Assembly: GCA_038248205.1 (NCBI GenBank) | Contig: JBBRUC010000006.1 | Coordinates: 1-60,072, forward strand | Reading direction: 5' to 3' | DNA: 60,072 bases | Source of the DNA: Thermoanaerobaculia bacterium | GTDB lineage: Bacteria; Acidobacteriota; Thermoanaerobaculia; Multivoradales; UBA5704 | In this document: positions 29,501 to 36,965 of the stretch, piece by piece | Numbering within the stretch: the stretch's first letter is position 1 | Layout: every line of letters begins with the position of its first letter | Program-made: the position numbers and the translations under genes | The notes under the pieces: generated by a model | What the model was told of the DNA's origin: nothing | The model's database searches: none | The model's input: only the letters and a program-made list of their open reading frames with translations

Positions 29501-32182
29501 GTCGCCGGCCCCGGCGGTCCCGCTCCGGACGGCGAGATCGAGGATTACTTCGTCACCGCCAAGGGAGTGGACTTCGGCGACGCGCCGGATTCCTACGGCA
29601 CCACGTTCGCGGCGAACGGTCCGAACCATGGCGTCGCCGCCGGAACCAACCTGTTCCTCGGTTCCTGCGTCGATACCGAAACCGATGCCGGCACACCGCT
29701 CGACGCGACCGGCGACGACGTGACCGCCGGCCCCGCGACGGGCAGCTGCGCGGGCGGGGCGGACGACGAAAACGGCGTCACCTTCTCCGGCCGGCCGAGC
29801 GCCTGCAAGACGTTCTCGCTGTCGGTCGTGGCGAATGCCGTCGGCCGGCTCGACGCCTGGATCGACTGGAACCGCGACGGCGACTTCCTCGACGCGGGCG
29901 AGCAGATCGCGACCAGTCAGTTGCTCGCGGCCGGGACCAACGCCCTCACCGCCGACGTCCCCTGCGACGCGGTCGAAGGCGCCACGTTCGCCCGCTTCCG
30001 CTTCAGCTCGGGCGGCGGCTTGGCTCCCACCGGCCCGGCGGCGGACGGCGAAGTCGAGGACTACGCGCTCCTCGCCCAAGGTTCGGATTTGGGCGACGCG
30101 CCGGACAGCTACGGCACCAGCGTCGCTTCCGGCGGCCCGATTCACGGCGTGAGCCCAACCACGCCTCTGTTCTTGGGATCGTGCGTCGATACGGAGGACG
30201 ACGCGAGAACGCCGCTCGACGCGACCGGTGACGACGCCTCGGCCGGCGATCAGACGGTCGGCACCTGCGCCGTGGCGGGTGACGATGAGGACGGCGTTTC
30301 GATCCCCATGTTGATCGCCTGCCAGACGACGACGCTCAACGTCACGGCGAACGCCGCCGGCCGGCTCGAAGCTTGGATCGACTGGAACCGCGACGGCGAC
30401 TTCGGCGACGCGGGAGAGCGGATCGCGACCGGCCAGCTCTTGGCGGCGGGCGGCAACGTTCTTTCGGTCGCCGTTCCCTGCACGACGGTCGCGGGGCCGA
30501 GCTTCTCCCGCTTCCGCTTCAGCTCGGCCGGTGTCGCCGCTGCGGGCGGCCCGTCGCCCGACGGCGAGGTCGAAGACCACGCCGTGACGCAAAAGGCGGT
30601 CGATTTCGGCGACTTGCCCGACAGCTACGGCACCACGGTCGCGGCGAACGGCCCGAACCACGGCATCCTGCCGGGCTTCTCGCTCGGCGTCGCGACCGAC
30701 GGCGAGCCGGACGGCCAGCCGACTCCGGGCGCCGACGGCGACGACCAGAACGGCGTACCGGACGACGAGGACGGTGTCGACTGGAACACCGGCGCGGTCG
30801 CAATGGTCACCGCCTGCGGCACGACCGATCTTTCCGTGACGCTCACGGCGCCGGTCGGCATCTCCCAGGCGCGCCTCGATGCCTGGGTCGATTTCGACGG
30901 CGACGGTTCGTTCGCCGAGCCGCGCGATCGGGTGGCGACCGGGGCGATTCTGGTTCCGGGGCCGAACACGGTGAGTTTCACCGCGCCGTGCGACGCCAAG
31001 TCGGTCGCGAGCTACGCCCGCTTCCGGCTCAGCACCGCGGGGGTCGCCGGTTCGATCGGACCCGCGATGGACGGCGAGGTCGAAGACTACGCGGTGGTGG
31101 TCAAAGGCCTCGATTTCGGCGACGCGCCCGACCCGACCTACCCGACACTGCTCGCGAACGATGGCGCGCGGCACCCCGTTCTGCCGACCGGCAACCCGAC
31201 GCTGGGGAGCACGGTCGATACCGAGCCGGACGGCCAGCCGAGCGCCTCGCACAACGGCGACGACACGAACGGTACGCCGGACGATGAAGACGGCGTCTCG
31301 TTCCCGACGGTTCTGATCCCGGGTACGAACGGCGCGATGAGCGTCGCCACCGGCGGCACCGGTGGCAACATCTCGGCCTGGATCGACTGGAACCAGGACG
31401 GCGACTGGAGCGATCCGGGCGAGCAGGTGGCGACCGACGTGGCGCTCGGAGCGAACGCGGCCCAGGAGTTGATCTTCCCGGTCCCCGTCGGTTCGCTCGA
31501 AGGGACGGCCTGCGTACGAGTCCGGATCAGCAGCGGCACGGGATTGGCGCCCACCGGTCTCGCGATCGACGGCGAGGTCGAAGACCACATCGCCGCGGTA
31601 GGCGTCGAGCAACCGGCGATCGGTGTCGCGAAGCGGCTCGTCTCGCAAGAGCGGATCGATTCGACGCTGTTCGAGCTGCGGTTCGAAGTACGCCTGGAAA
31701 ATCTGGGCAACGTTCCGCTTTCGAACGTCCAGGCGACGGCCGATCTCGCGACCGCGTTCGCGGCGGCCACAAGCTTCACGATCATCTCGGTCGCGAGCCC
31801 CGACCTGGCCGTCAACGTCGGCTATAACGGCTCCTCGGATCCGAACCTGCTCGCCGCGGGCGACACGCTCGGGGTGGGGGGGAGCGGCGTTATCACTCTC
31901 GTCGTACGGGTCGATACCGGCGGTGAAACAGGCCCCTACACCTGCTCCAGCACGGCCACCGGCACGAGCCCCGCGGGCGTCGTCGTCACCGACATCTCCC
32001 AAGACGGCGACGACCCCGACCCCGACGGCGACGGCGATCCGGGCAACAACGGTACGCCCACCGTCTTCGTCCTGGTCTCGTCCGTCATCGAGATCCCGAC
32101 GCTCGACGGCCTCGGCTTCGCCCTCTTGGCACTGCTGCTCTCGGCCGGAGCCTTCGGGGCGCTGCGGCGGCGGAGGGTGTAG
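23597..32182 (+). CDS. Giant surface protein (2861 aa): DUF11-like, three SdrD-B-like domains, 8 GEVED repeats, IPTL-CTERM
   Basis: RBS GGAGGAG and a signal peptide. LGDFVWLD, LGNYVFFD and LGDQVWMD start the SdrD-B-like domains. Eight DGE(V/I)ED motifs about 170 aa apart. C-terminus IPTLDGLGFALLALLL...RRRRV. Confidence 0.92.
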   Translation: MPLVVRRSLAEVRFARTVLVVLIAALVGAVSLSAQPLQKAAIQVDPGNTKLTGQTFGYRLTYRCNATVGNCLNAVVTDVLPPEVVFVSAVGTSDVASTTTPSVGSTGTVTFTMVSPLPAGNSGDLIINVRFPNGSTPNGTVATNTATGTNLATPQGSFTTPPVAVTAVASSQVSLQKTLLTSPANLDMPESYRLRISVSNNAGSLNLTAVGPVTDTLPAGTVFNGATPASDCQPGCVGTTPATVTWTSPCSLPVLAGGNCDITVNVTFPSATFPSGTNVTNSFTAAGTPLGEPANPNLGVGNVTHPVTTFVANPSASLAKNVEGNSPNPPTLNQTFSYDFVPGNNGNVPLDNLVVIDTLPIQMQVSSVTTGAYSNLADFAAGVGVRVSYEKNTAPGVFTLWGNSPNATTNTTLTAPPPGLGAGEYLTRIRWEYGQAAVGMAPSARPLVTGQIVNPDHAGGPVSFGDTIQNCVDSTAVYTAGPTNVSRNACRSFVLSGPFVQLNPAKDNLSGGPFLPGQAVAFRLRVRSAPQSSDPVALEALVATDLLPVNLLFSSWTFDDQGTGLPAPQVFDQIPNFAGTGRTLLRWRWNAGSGNLGVNTQVWINISTTVRNGAASGSLANDFTLEHDAPGLSQRCSGSSQTDPLDYDGDGNTAETLCRATATITIAPVAQLVSSKRVQGSCDGGFTAASLGTLLGGSIDYRLQVQNVGTIPMNNFRIVDILPFVGDTGVLDTNPRNSLWAPILTAPIAAPPGTTLYYSLSGNPCRPEVGGPNTGCDPPNWTTVPPVPIALARSFKVEFGARTIQPFDFLNFDFRMTVPADVPGGGAQAFNSFAYLGERADGIGNLSAEPNKVGVAIGTCPAAALGDFVWLDTDRNGLQDDGPTGVNGVFVELLAPGADGIARTADDVLVSTTVTANDASNNPGWYQVPGLAAGNYFVRFAPPPNLEVTLRDAGGDTIDSDVDPVTACSPVVALGPVESNQTLDMGLVQPATAALGNYVFFDVDNDGIQNGPADFGVNGVAVKLFADNGNGTPEPGGADGAPIAITVTANDVYGQPGYYLFENLLPGVKYFVQFMLPPTASGFTTRDAGGDDTLDSDANPANGTSQLVMLMAGETNLSIDAGLVRPSGALRLGDQVWMDTDNDGVYEPESGEMGIDGVRLDLYLDANGDGAPTLDEYVTTTSTFTSSGFAGRYEFGQLAPGNYQVVVPASNFLGSGPLAGKQSSTGNDPAPDPDDDVNGDDNGTPSGSLVISRPITLSVGGEPTTDGDSDSNSNLTVDFGFTTGGVAPEFDYGDDPDVVAGAFSPTDYQTTALDSGAAHRVGVVNAPYLGSCVDADPGTQQNTMANADDANSYGTTVGTCAVAGDDEDGVAFSNPVRVGSLVNISVTASSGTNACVLSAWIDWNRDGDFLDAGEQIASAVSIPSGSTSILSPVVPVGAIPGFTYSRFRCASAPVAGPTGMAPDGEVEDYRVAIVGMDFGDAPDSYGTTLGANGPRHDVDPAAPLTLGACEDTEADGLPGATALGDDNAQGNPGVGLCFDDEDGVTFTSMVVACQSATISVVVGGGGGRLDGWIDWNRDGDFLDATEAIAINLPVTSGANVISVPVPCGASPGTTYARFRLSSAGNLAPTGPAADGEVEDYSILIKGSDWGDAPAPYPTLQANNGPNHGVDPGSPRFLGSCVDTEANGQPTAPADGDDLGAGSAVGTCAGNDDEDGVVFSTPLIGCQAAMVVVTSNVASRLDAWIDWNRDGDWLDAGEQIATNIVLAAGANPLALSVPCGVNPGATYARFRTSSTGGLAFTGAAMDGEVEDHTVTLVGADLGDLPDTFGTTFGAGGPTHGVNLGSPLQLGACVDSETDGQPSGGATGDDLGAGTSTAGSCAATNDDEDGVTFSGNMITACQQASITVTAGAPGLLDAWIDFDGNGAFGVGEQIFDNQGLSAGANALTFSVPCTTLPASRGARFRLSSAGVAGPGGPAPDGEIEDYFVTAKGVDFGDAPDSYGTTFAANGPNHGVAAGTNLFLGSCVDTETDAGTPLDATGDDVTAGPATGSCAGGADDENGVTFSGRPSACKTFSLSVVANAVGRLDAWIDWNRDGDFLDAGEQIATSQLLAAGTNALTADVPCDAVEGATFARFRFSSGGGLAPTGPAADGEVEDYALLAQGSDLGDAPDSYGTSVASGGPIHGVSPTTPLFLGSCVDTEDDARTPLDATGDDASAGDQTVGTCAVAGDDEDGVSIPMLIACQTTTLNVTANAAGRLEAWIDWNRDGDFGDAGERIATGQLLAAGGNVLSVAVPCTTVAGPSFSRFRFSSAGVAAAGGPSPDGEVEDHAVTQKAVDFGDLPDSYGTTVAANGPNHGILPGFSLGVATDGEPDGQPTPGADGDDQNGVPDDEDGVDWNTGAVAMVTACGTTDLSVTLTAPVGISQARLDAWVDFDGDGSFAEPRDRVATGAILVPGPNTVSFTAPCDAKSVASYARFRLSTAGVAGSIGPAMDGEVEDYAVVVKGLDFGDAPDPTYPTLLANDGARHPVLPTGNPTLGSTVDTEPDGQPSASHNGDDTNGTPDDEDGVSFPTVLIPGTNGAMSVATGGTGGNISAWIDWNQDGDWSDPGEQVATDVALGANAAQELIFPVPVGSLEGTACVRVRISSGTGLAPTGLAIDGEVEDHIAAVGVEQPAIGVAKRLVSQERIDSTLFELRFEVRLENLGNVPLSNVQATADLATAFAAATSFTIISVASPDLAVNVGYNGSSDPNLLAAGDTLGVGGSGVITLVVRVDTGGETGPYTCSSTATGTSPAGVVVTDISQDGDDPDPDGDGDPGNNGTPTVFVLVSSVIEIPTLDGLGFALLALLLSAGAFGALRRRRV

Positions 32183-32195
32183 GGAGAGGGAAAAC

Positions 32196-32240
32196 AAGGA
32201 GGCTCCTGGGAGCGGTGGCGCTCCCAGGAGATCCTTCTTC
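32196..32240 (+). terminator. Hairpin / putative terminator after the giant protein
   Basis: CTCCTGGGAGCG-gtgg-CGCTCCCAGGAG perfect 12-bp stem, extended by AAGGA/TCCTT. The T-tract is weak. Confidence 0.6.
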
Positions 32241-32276
32241 TACTAGACTTCCGGCGAGAGGAACGGAGGTCGCTCG

Positions 32277-34367
32277 ATGCATCCATCGCCACGCCAGGTT
32301 TTCCGTCTGATCCCTCGTCTCGCCATTTTGCTTGCGGTAGGCGCCTCCGGCTTGGCACTGGCGGATGTCGGCCGGTGGACTCCCCTCGGCCCGGAAGGCG
32401 GACGGGCCACCTCGTTCGCGTCGGCTGCCGGCGGCGCGATCGTCGCCGCCACCGACGGCGCCGGGCTTTTCCGTTCAACCGATGGCGGACGCTCCTGGGC
32501 GCAGGTCGCGGCGGTCGAACCGGGCGAAACGTTTCGTTTCCTCCGGGCGGCCGGTGCCGATGGCGCGCGCCTGTGGGCGGCGAGCGCGCGAGCGCTGTAT
32601 CGGTCGGAAAACGGCGGGCGCTCGTTCACCAAGGCGACCCCCGGGTTCGTCGGCCCGTACGAAATCCTCGGCCTCGCCACGGCGCGGGCCGATCGGGACC
32701 GCCTCTACGTCGCGACTTCGTACGGCCCCGAGGCGAGCTGGCTGTTCGGCAGCCGTGACGGCGGACAAACCTGGAAGCGTCTGCACCGTGTCGGCTACCT
32801 GGTCGGCCTGGCCGCCGCGCCGTCCAATCCCGACGTGATCTACCTGGCCGAGAACCGGCGGGTTCTGCGCTCGAACGACGGCGGCCGGACGTTTACGCCG
32901 CTCGCCGGAATTCCGTCCTCCGGGTTCCTGACCTCCGGACTTATCGACGTCGATGAGCGAGATCCCGACCGGGTCGCCTTCGGTGTGTCCGGCGGCCGGC
33001 TCGCGGTAAGTTCCGATGGCGGGCGCAACCTGACGGTGACCGGTCCGGAATCGACAGGCTGCGACCTTACGGCGTTTTTGGCGTCGTCCGAAATCCGTTC
33101 GCGCTGGCTGCTGGCGCGCTCCTGCTTCGTCGGCGGCTATGGCGTCGGCGCCGACCCTCATTTCGAGAAATTCGCCGGAGAGATCTGGCGTACCGAGGAC
33201 GCCGGGGGCCATTGGACGCGGGTGGCAACAAGCGATACCCCCGCCGGTCTTGCCTCGATTCCGAATGTGCCCGAGGGCGTTTTGCTGGGAGTCTCCCGTC
33301 TCGGCGTCCTGCGGAGCGAGGATTTCGGCCGCAATTTTCGGATCGCGAATCGAGGCCTTGTCGCGGCGCCCGTCTGTTCGATCTCCCCGGATCGGGAACG
33401 CGAAGGCGTGCTCTTCGCCGGTGCCGGGTTGTGCAGTCCGCTGGGCAACCTTTGGGACTCGATCGGCGATCTGGGATTCTTCCGTCTGGAGGAGGGAAGA
33501 CTGACCCGTACGGTTGCCGGCCTCCGCGACCCCAAGGTGCCGCTATCGGCGATCGCGGCGATTGAGGATCCGGACGACTCGACCCGGTGGTTCGCTCTGT
33601 CCGGGCCGGAGATCGCCCGCAGCGAAACGCAAGGCCGGCGCTGGTATGCGTTTTCGACGCCGTCGATCTTCGCGGTAGTGACCGGTCTCCTCATTCGCAG
33701 CGCCACGCCGCAAAGGCCACGGACGATCTTCGCGAGCGGCTGGAGCGAGTATCCCCATCACATTCAGGCCTACAGTCTCGTGCGGAGCGACGACGAAGGA
33801 CGGAACTGGACGCGGGTTCCCGAGCTGAACATGGTCTTCGATCGCTTCTTCGGGCCGGTTACGACCCCCGCGGCACCCGATACGATTACCATCGCGACAG
33901 GGGGCGGCGTACTGTTCAGCAGCCCCGATGGCGGCGCAACCTGGAGCCGGTTGTCGATCTATCCGGCCGGACACCAGCGCGGCGTGGCCGGCTTCGCGGT
34001 CGACCCGCAAGTGCCGGGGCGCCTGCTCGCCCTCGGCAACTTGGACGATTTCGGGATCGCCACCTCGGTCCGCCGCAGCACCAACGGCGGAGCGTCCTTT
34101 AAGAAATCGGATCGCGGCCTGCCCGCGCCGCTCTCGATTCGCGCGCTCGCATTCGACCCCGAGCGAGCGGGCCTGGTCTATCTCGGCACCTCGCGCGGCG
34201 TCTTCCTCTCAGAAGATGGCGGGGCGAGTTGGCGACCCCTAGCCGTTCCCGGTCTCACCGGCCTTCTCGTGTTGGCATTAAGTGTCGACTCCGTCGACCC
34301 GCGCACCCTCTACGCCGGAGTCGCAGGAGGCGGCGGGCTGTACACATTGACCCGCACCGATCGCTGA
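32277..34367 (+). CDS. Secreted BNR/Asp-box repeat beta-propeller (VPS10/xyloglucanase-like)
   Basis: Signal peptide, WTPLGPEGG and repeated SxDGGxxW boxes. Confidence 0.88.
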   Translation: MHPSPRQVFRLIPRLAILLAVGASGLALADVGRWTPLGPEGGRATSFASAAGGAIVAATDGAGLFRSTDGGRSWAQVAAVEPGETFRFLRAAGADGARLWAASARALYRSENGGRSFTKATPGFVGPYEILGLATARADRDRLYVATSYGPEASWLFGSRDGGQTWKRLHRVGYLVGLAAAPSNPDVIYLAENRRVLRSNDGGRTFTPLAGIPSSGFLTSGLIDVDERDPDRVAFGVSGGRLAVSSDGGRNLTVTGPESTGCDLTAFLASSEIRSRWLLARSCFVGGYGVGADPHFEKFAGEIWRTEDAGGHWTRVATSDTPAGLASIPNVPEGVLLGVSRLGVLRSEDFGRNFRIANRGLVAAPVCSISPDREREGVLFAGAGLCSPLGNLWDSIGDLGFFRLEEGRLTRTVAGLRDPKVPLSAIAAIEDPDDSTRWFALSGPEIARSETQGRRWYAFSTPSIFAVVTGLLIRSATPQRPRTIFASGWSEYPHHIQAYSLVRSDDEGRNWTRVPELNMVFDRFFGPVTTPAAPDTITIATGGGVLFSSPDGGATWSRLSIYPAGHQRGVAGFAVDPQVPGRLLALGNLDDFGIATSVRRSTNGGASFKKSDRGLPAPLSIRALAFDPERAGLVYLGTSRGVFLSEDGGASWRPLAVPGLTGLLVLALSVDSVDPRTLYAGVAGGGGLYTLTRTDR

Positions 34368-34425
34368 AAGGCGGAAAGACCGGCCCCTGCGGCAGCGGGC
34401 CTCACTACTGCGTGACCGGCATGTT

Positions 34426-34468
34426 CCGAGCCCCCGATGCCGCAGGGTGTCGGGGGCTTGGTGTTCTT
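34426..34468 (+). terminator. Rho-independent terminator-like hairpin
   Basis: CCGAGCCCCCGATGCC-gcag-GGTGTCGGGGGCTTGG (16-bp stem with G:U pairs) followed by TGTTCTT. Confidence 0.6.
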
Positions 34469-34684
34469 AGGTCTTGCCTTCTGGCCGCGGGAATCCGAGC
34501 AGAAATGCAGTAAACCAGAGTCCGCGACCGTCTCTCTCTATCTAAGAGGGCGGGAGGATGGCGACCTTCGATCAAAGCATCCCAGTGTAGATCCAAGGCG
34601 CAAATGCCGCTGTCGACCGGGTGACAGATCGCCTCTGCGCTTTCCGTCCGACCTCGTCACTCAAGGCACAACAAGGAGCCTGCA

Positions 34685-34957
34685 ATGGCAGACGAAAGAC
34701 ATTCCGCAGCTCAGATGATCAAGATTTTCAAGGCAGAACCATCTTTCATGGATCGGCTAAAGAATGATACCGACAAGATGCCCGTGCTTGAAGAAGTAGC
34801 CAGGAAAGCAGAGCGAGAAACAGCGGCCTGGGTGAGCGACACGGCGGTCTTTCGCGCAGCTGTGGGTGTTCTCGGCGCGCTTGTCGCGGCCTGCCCGCGC
34901 CGCTCTCGGTTCGAGCAGTCGCATTCGTCGCGGGCGGCGGCGGGTTGTACACATTGA
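34685..34957 (+). pseudogene. Truncated small membrane-protein gene fused to a duplicated fragment
   Basis: RBS AAGGAG plus ATG. The frame enters a hydrophobic helix (AAVGVLGALV), then switches at 34884 into out-of-frame BNR-gene-like sequence. Confidence 0.55.
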
Positions 34958-34964
34958 CCCGCAC
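34884..34964 (+). repeat. Internally deleted copy of the 3' end of the BNR gene
   Basis: 34884-34927 matches 34112-34155 (40/44) and 34927-34964 matches 34320-34357 (35/38). Confidence 0.9.
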
Positions 34965-34966
34965 AC

Positions 34967-35149
34967 GAGAACCTGCGTGAGGCTGTCGAGTTGGTGCTGG
35001 AGGCGAATCGCGCTCTGTCGGAAGAAGGCGGCATTTTTGTAACCCAAGCCAAGCGCAAAGTTTCCGCTGTGCCACGCCATCGTGAGATCAAGGAATTCTT
35101 GGCGCGCAAAATCTGCGCCGATCTTGAGATTGTGCTGCCCTGGAGCTGA
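34967..35149 (+). pseudogene. hicB'-'hicA deletion-fusion remnant
   Basis: A start-less frame reads ENLREAVELVLEANRALSEE (HicB-like), then GGIFV..KVSAVPRHREIKEFLARKICADLEI (HicA-like). Confidence 0.75.
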
Positions 35150-35333
35150 CCCTCGTTGATGACATCTGGACTCTCTGCAGCGTCAGGCGCTCACTGCTCC
35201 ACGTCGACGGCGGGCCAGGGTCACGTCACTTACCGCCGAGCCGGGGCCGATCTTGAGGCTTCCCAGGGGGGCGATAAACGAGTGCTGGTATCATCGGCGC
35301 GCAACTTTAGAGAGCGAGCGATAGGAGGTTTCG

Positions 35334-36095
35334 ATGTCCCTGATCGACGACTCCCGCTGCGTGCGGTCCCACCGGCTCCACGCTGGGGCGGCTGGTCTCG
35401 TGTTGTTCGCCCTGCTCTCCGCAATCAACCCGGCGGCGCTCTCGGCGCAAAGCCTCGATTGGGGCGATGCGCCGGAAAGCTACCGGACCAGCCTGGCCGC
35501 CAACGGACCGAACCATTTCTCGGGCAACGGGCTCCATCTCGGTTCCTGCGCCGACACCGAGGCAGACGCCTCGCCGCCGCTCGATGGCAGCGGCGACGAC
35601 GCGACCGTGGGCGCCCAGACGTTCGGCGCCTGCGCAGTCGCCGGGGACGATGAGGACGGGGTGACCATCCCGCCCCTTGTGGCCTGTGAAGTGGCCCAGA
35701 TCCAACTGGTCGCAAGCGCAACGATGCGCCTCGACGCCTGGATCGATTGGAACCGCGACGGCGACTTCGACGACTTCGTGCCGTTCGATTTCGCCGAACG
35801 GATCGCCACTAGGCTGGTGCTGACCCCGGGGCTCAACACGCTTTCGATCAGCGTTCCCTGCTCGGCAGTCACCGGGCCTTCCTACGCCCGCTTCCGCGTT
35901 TCGTCCAACGGCGTTCTCGACTCCTTCGGGCCGGCGGGCGAAGCGGGTGGCGAAGTCGAAGACTACGGGATCAACATCTCGCGCGGAGTGATCGCGGTGC
36001 CCGCCCTCGGGGCTCCGGGCCTCGTAGCGCTCGCTACGCTTCTCGCGTTCGGGGCCTTCTTCGTCCTCCGGCGGCGGCGCGCGGCCAGCGACTAG
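35334..36095 (+). CDS. Single GEVED-repeat protein with IPTL-CTERM-like anchor
   Basis: RBS AGGAGG and a signal peptide. DWGDAPESY...WIDWNRDGDF...GEVEDY. C-terminus VPALGAPGL + TM + RRRR. Confidence 0.88.
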   Translation: MSLIDDSRCVRSHRLHAGAAGLVLFALLSAINPAALSAQSLDWGDAPESYRTSLAANGPNHFSGNGLHLGSCADTEADASPPLDGSGDDATVGAQTFGACAVAGDDEDGVTIPPLVACEVAQIQLVASATMRLDAWIDWNRDGDFDDFVPFDFAERIATRLVLTPGLNTLSISVPCSAVTGPSYARFRVSSNGVLDSFGPAGEAGGEVEDYGINISRGVIAVPALGAPGLVALATLLAFGAFFVLRRRRAASD

Positions 36096-36203
36096 CAGGA
36101 GAGCCGGGCTTGGCGGACGGACGGGTCTGACGGCGCGGCCGAGGCGTTTAGGAGCCGCGGAAACGCGGCCGGGCTTTGCCCCGAAGGACAGATCGTAAGC
36201 GAC

Positions 36204-36965
36204 CTACTTCAACCGCAACACAACCCGCCCGCCCGGACCTTCGAGTTCCACTTCCGCGGCGTCGATGCGGCGGACGACGTAACCTTCGACCACTTCGCCT
36301 TTGCCCAACGCCGCGCCGTTGATCAGGGCGATCGGCGCCTCTTCGGAGTAGGCGATGCCGCCGAGGCGGAAGCGGGGGCCGCCTCCGGGGAGGTTGGCTT
36401 CGCGGACGAAAGTTTGAGTCGCGCCGGTGCCGGTGGATGACGCGACGGCGGGCGGTTCGGCCGGGTTTGGAGGCCGGTCACGAACGAGGGGCGGGGCGAC
36501 CGGCGAGACTGGCGCCGTTGGCTGCCGGGAAACCCGCGGCTCGGGTACGGGCTGTTGAGGAACCGGAACCGCGGCAACCGAGGGGCGCGGCGCGGGTTCT
36601 GCGACGGGCAGCCGGACTGGAGCAGCCGGCGGCGCAGCCGTGGCGGAGAGGGAAGGCGCAGGCGCGGGAGCGGCGGGTTCTGAAGCGGGCGCTGCGCTCA
36701 CCGCCATCGGCGCCTCCGTGGCCGCGACCGCAACCGGTGGCGCAACCGGAGCCCGCCCCCAGAGCAGCCAGGCGATCACTCCCAGGAGGGCCACCGCGGC
36801 TCCCGTGGCGATGCCCGCCCACAGGGGAGCGCGCGAGGCTTGGCGCTCGGCGTAGAGCTTGGGGATCGGCCGTGGACCGTCGTGGCGGGCGGCGTCGCGC
36901 TTCACCGCCTCTTGGCGGGCGGCCTCGTGGCGGGCGCGTTTGAGCGCTTCGTCGATCAGACTCAA
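36204..36965 (-). CDS. GspB/ExeB-like protein
   Basis: TTG start overlaps the exeA-like stop. (M)SLIDEALKRA, one TM, Pro/Ala linker and C-terminal LGGIAYS...ALING...GEVVEG domain. Confidence 0.75.
   Translation of the reverse strand: MSLIDEALKRARHEAARQEAVKRDAARHDGPRPIPKLYAERQASRAPLWAGIATGAAVALLGVIAWLLWGRAPVAPPVAVAATEAPMAVSAAPASEPAAPAPAPSLSATAAPPAAPVRLPVAEPAPRPSVAAVPVPQQPVPEPRVSRQPTAPVSPVAPPLVRDRPPNPAEPPAVASSTGTGATQTFVREANLPGGGPRFRLGGIAYSEEAPIALINGAALGKGEVVEGYVVRRIDAAEVELEGPGGRVVLRLK

Noticed and set aside
25139-32197. 2352-aa minus-strand ORF
   Set aside because: Antisense shadow of the giant protein, caused by high-GC codon bias. It has no motifs of its own.
34370-34680. Possible tRNA or riboswitch in the intergenic region
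   Set aside because: Only one strong hairpin is present. No cloverleaf, T-loop or known riboswitch consensus was recognised.
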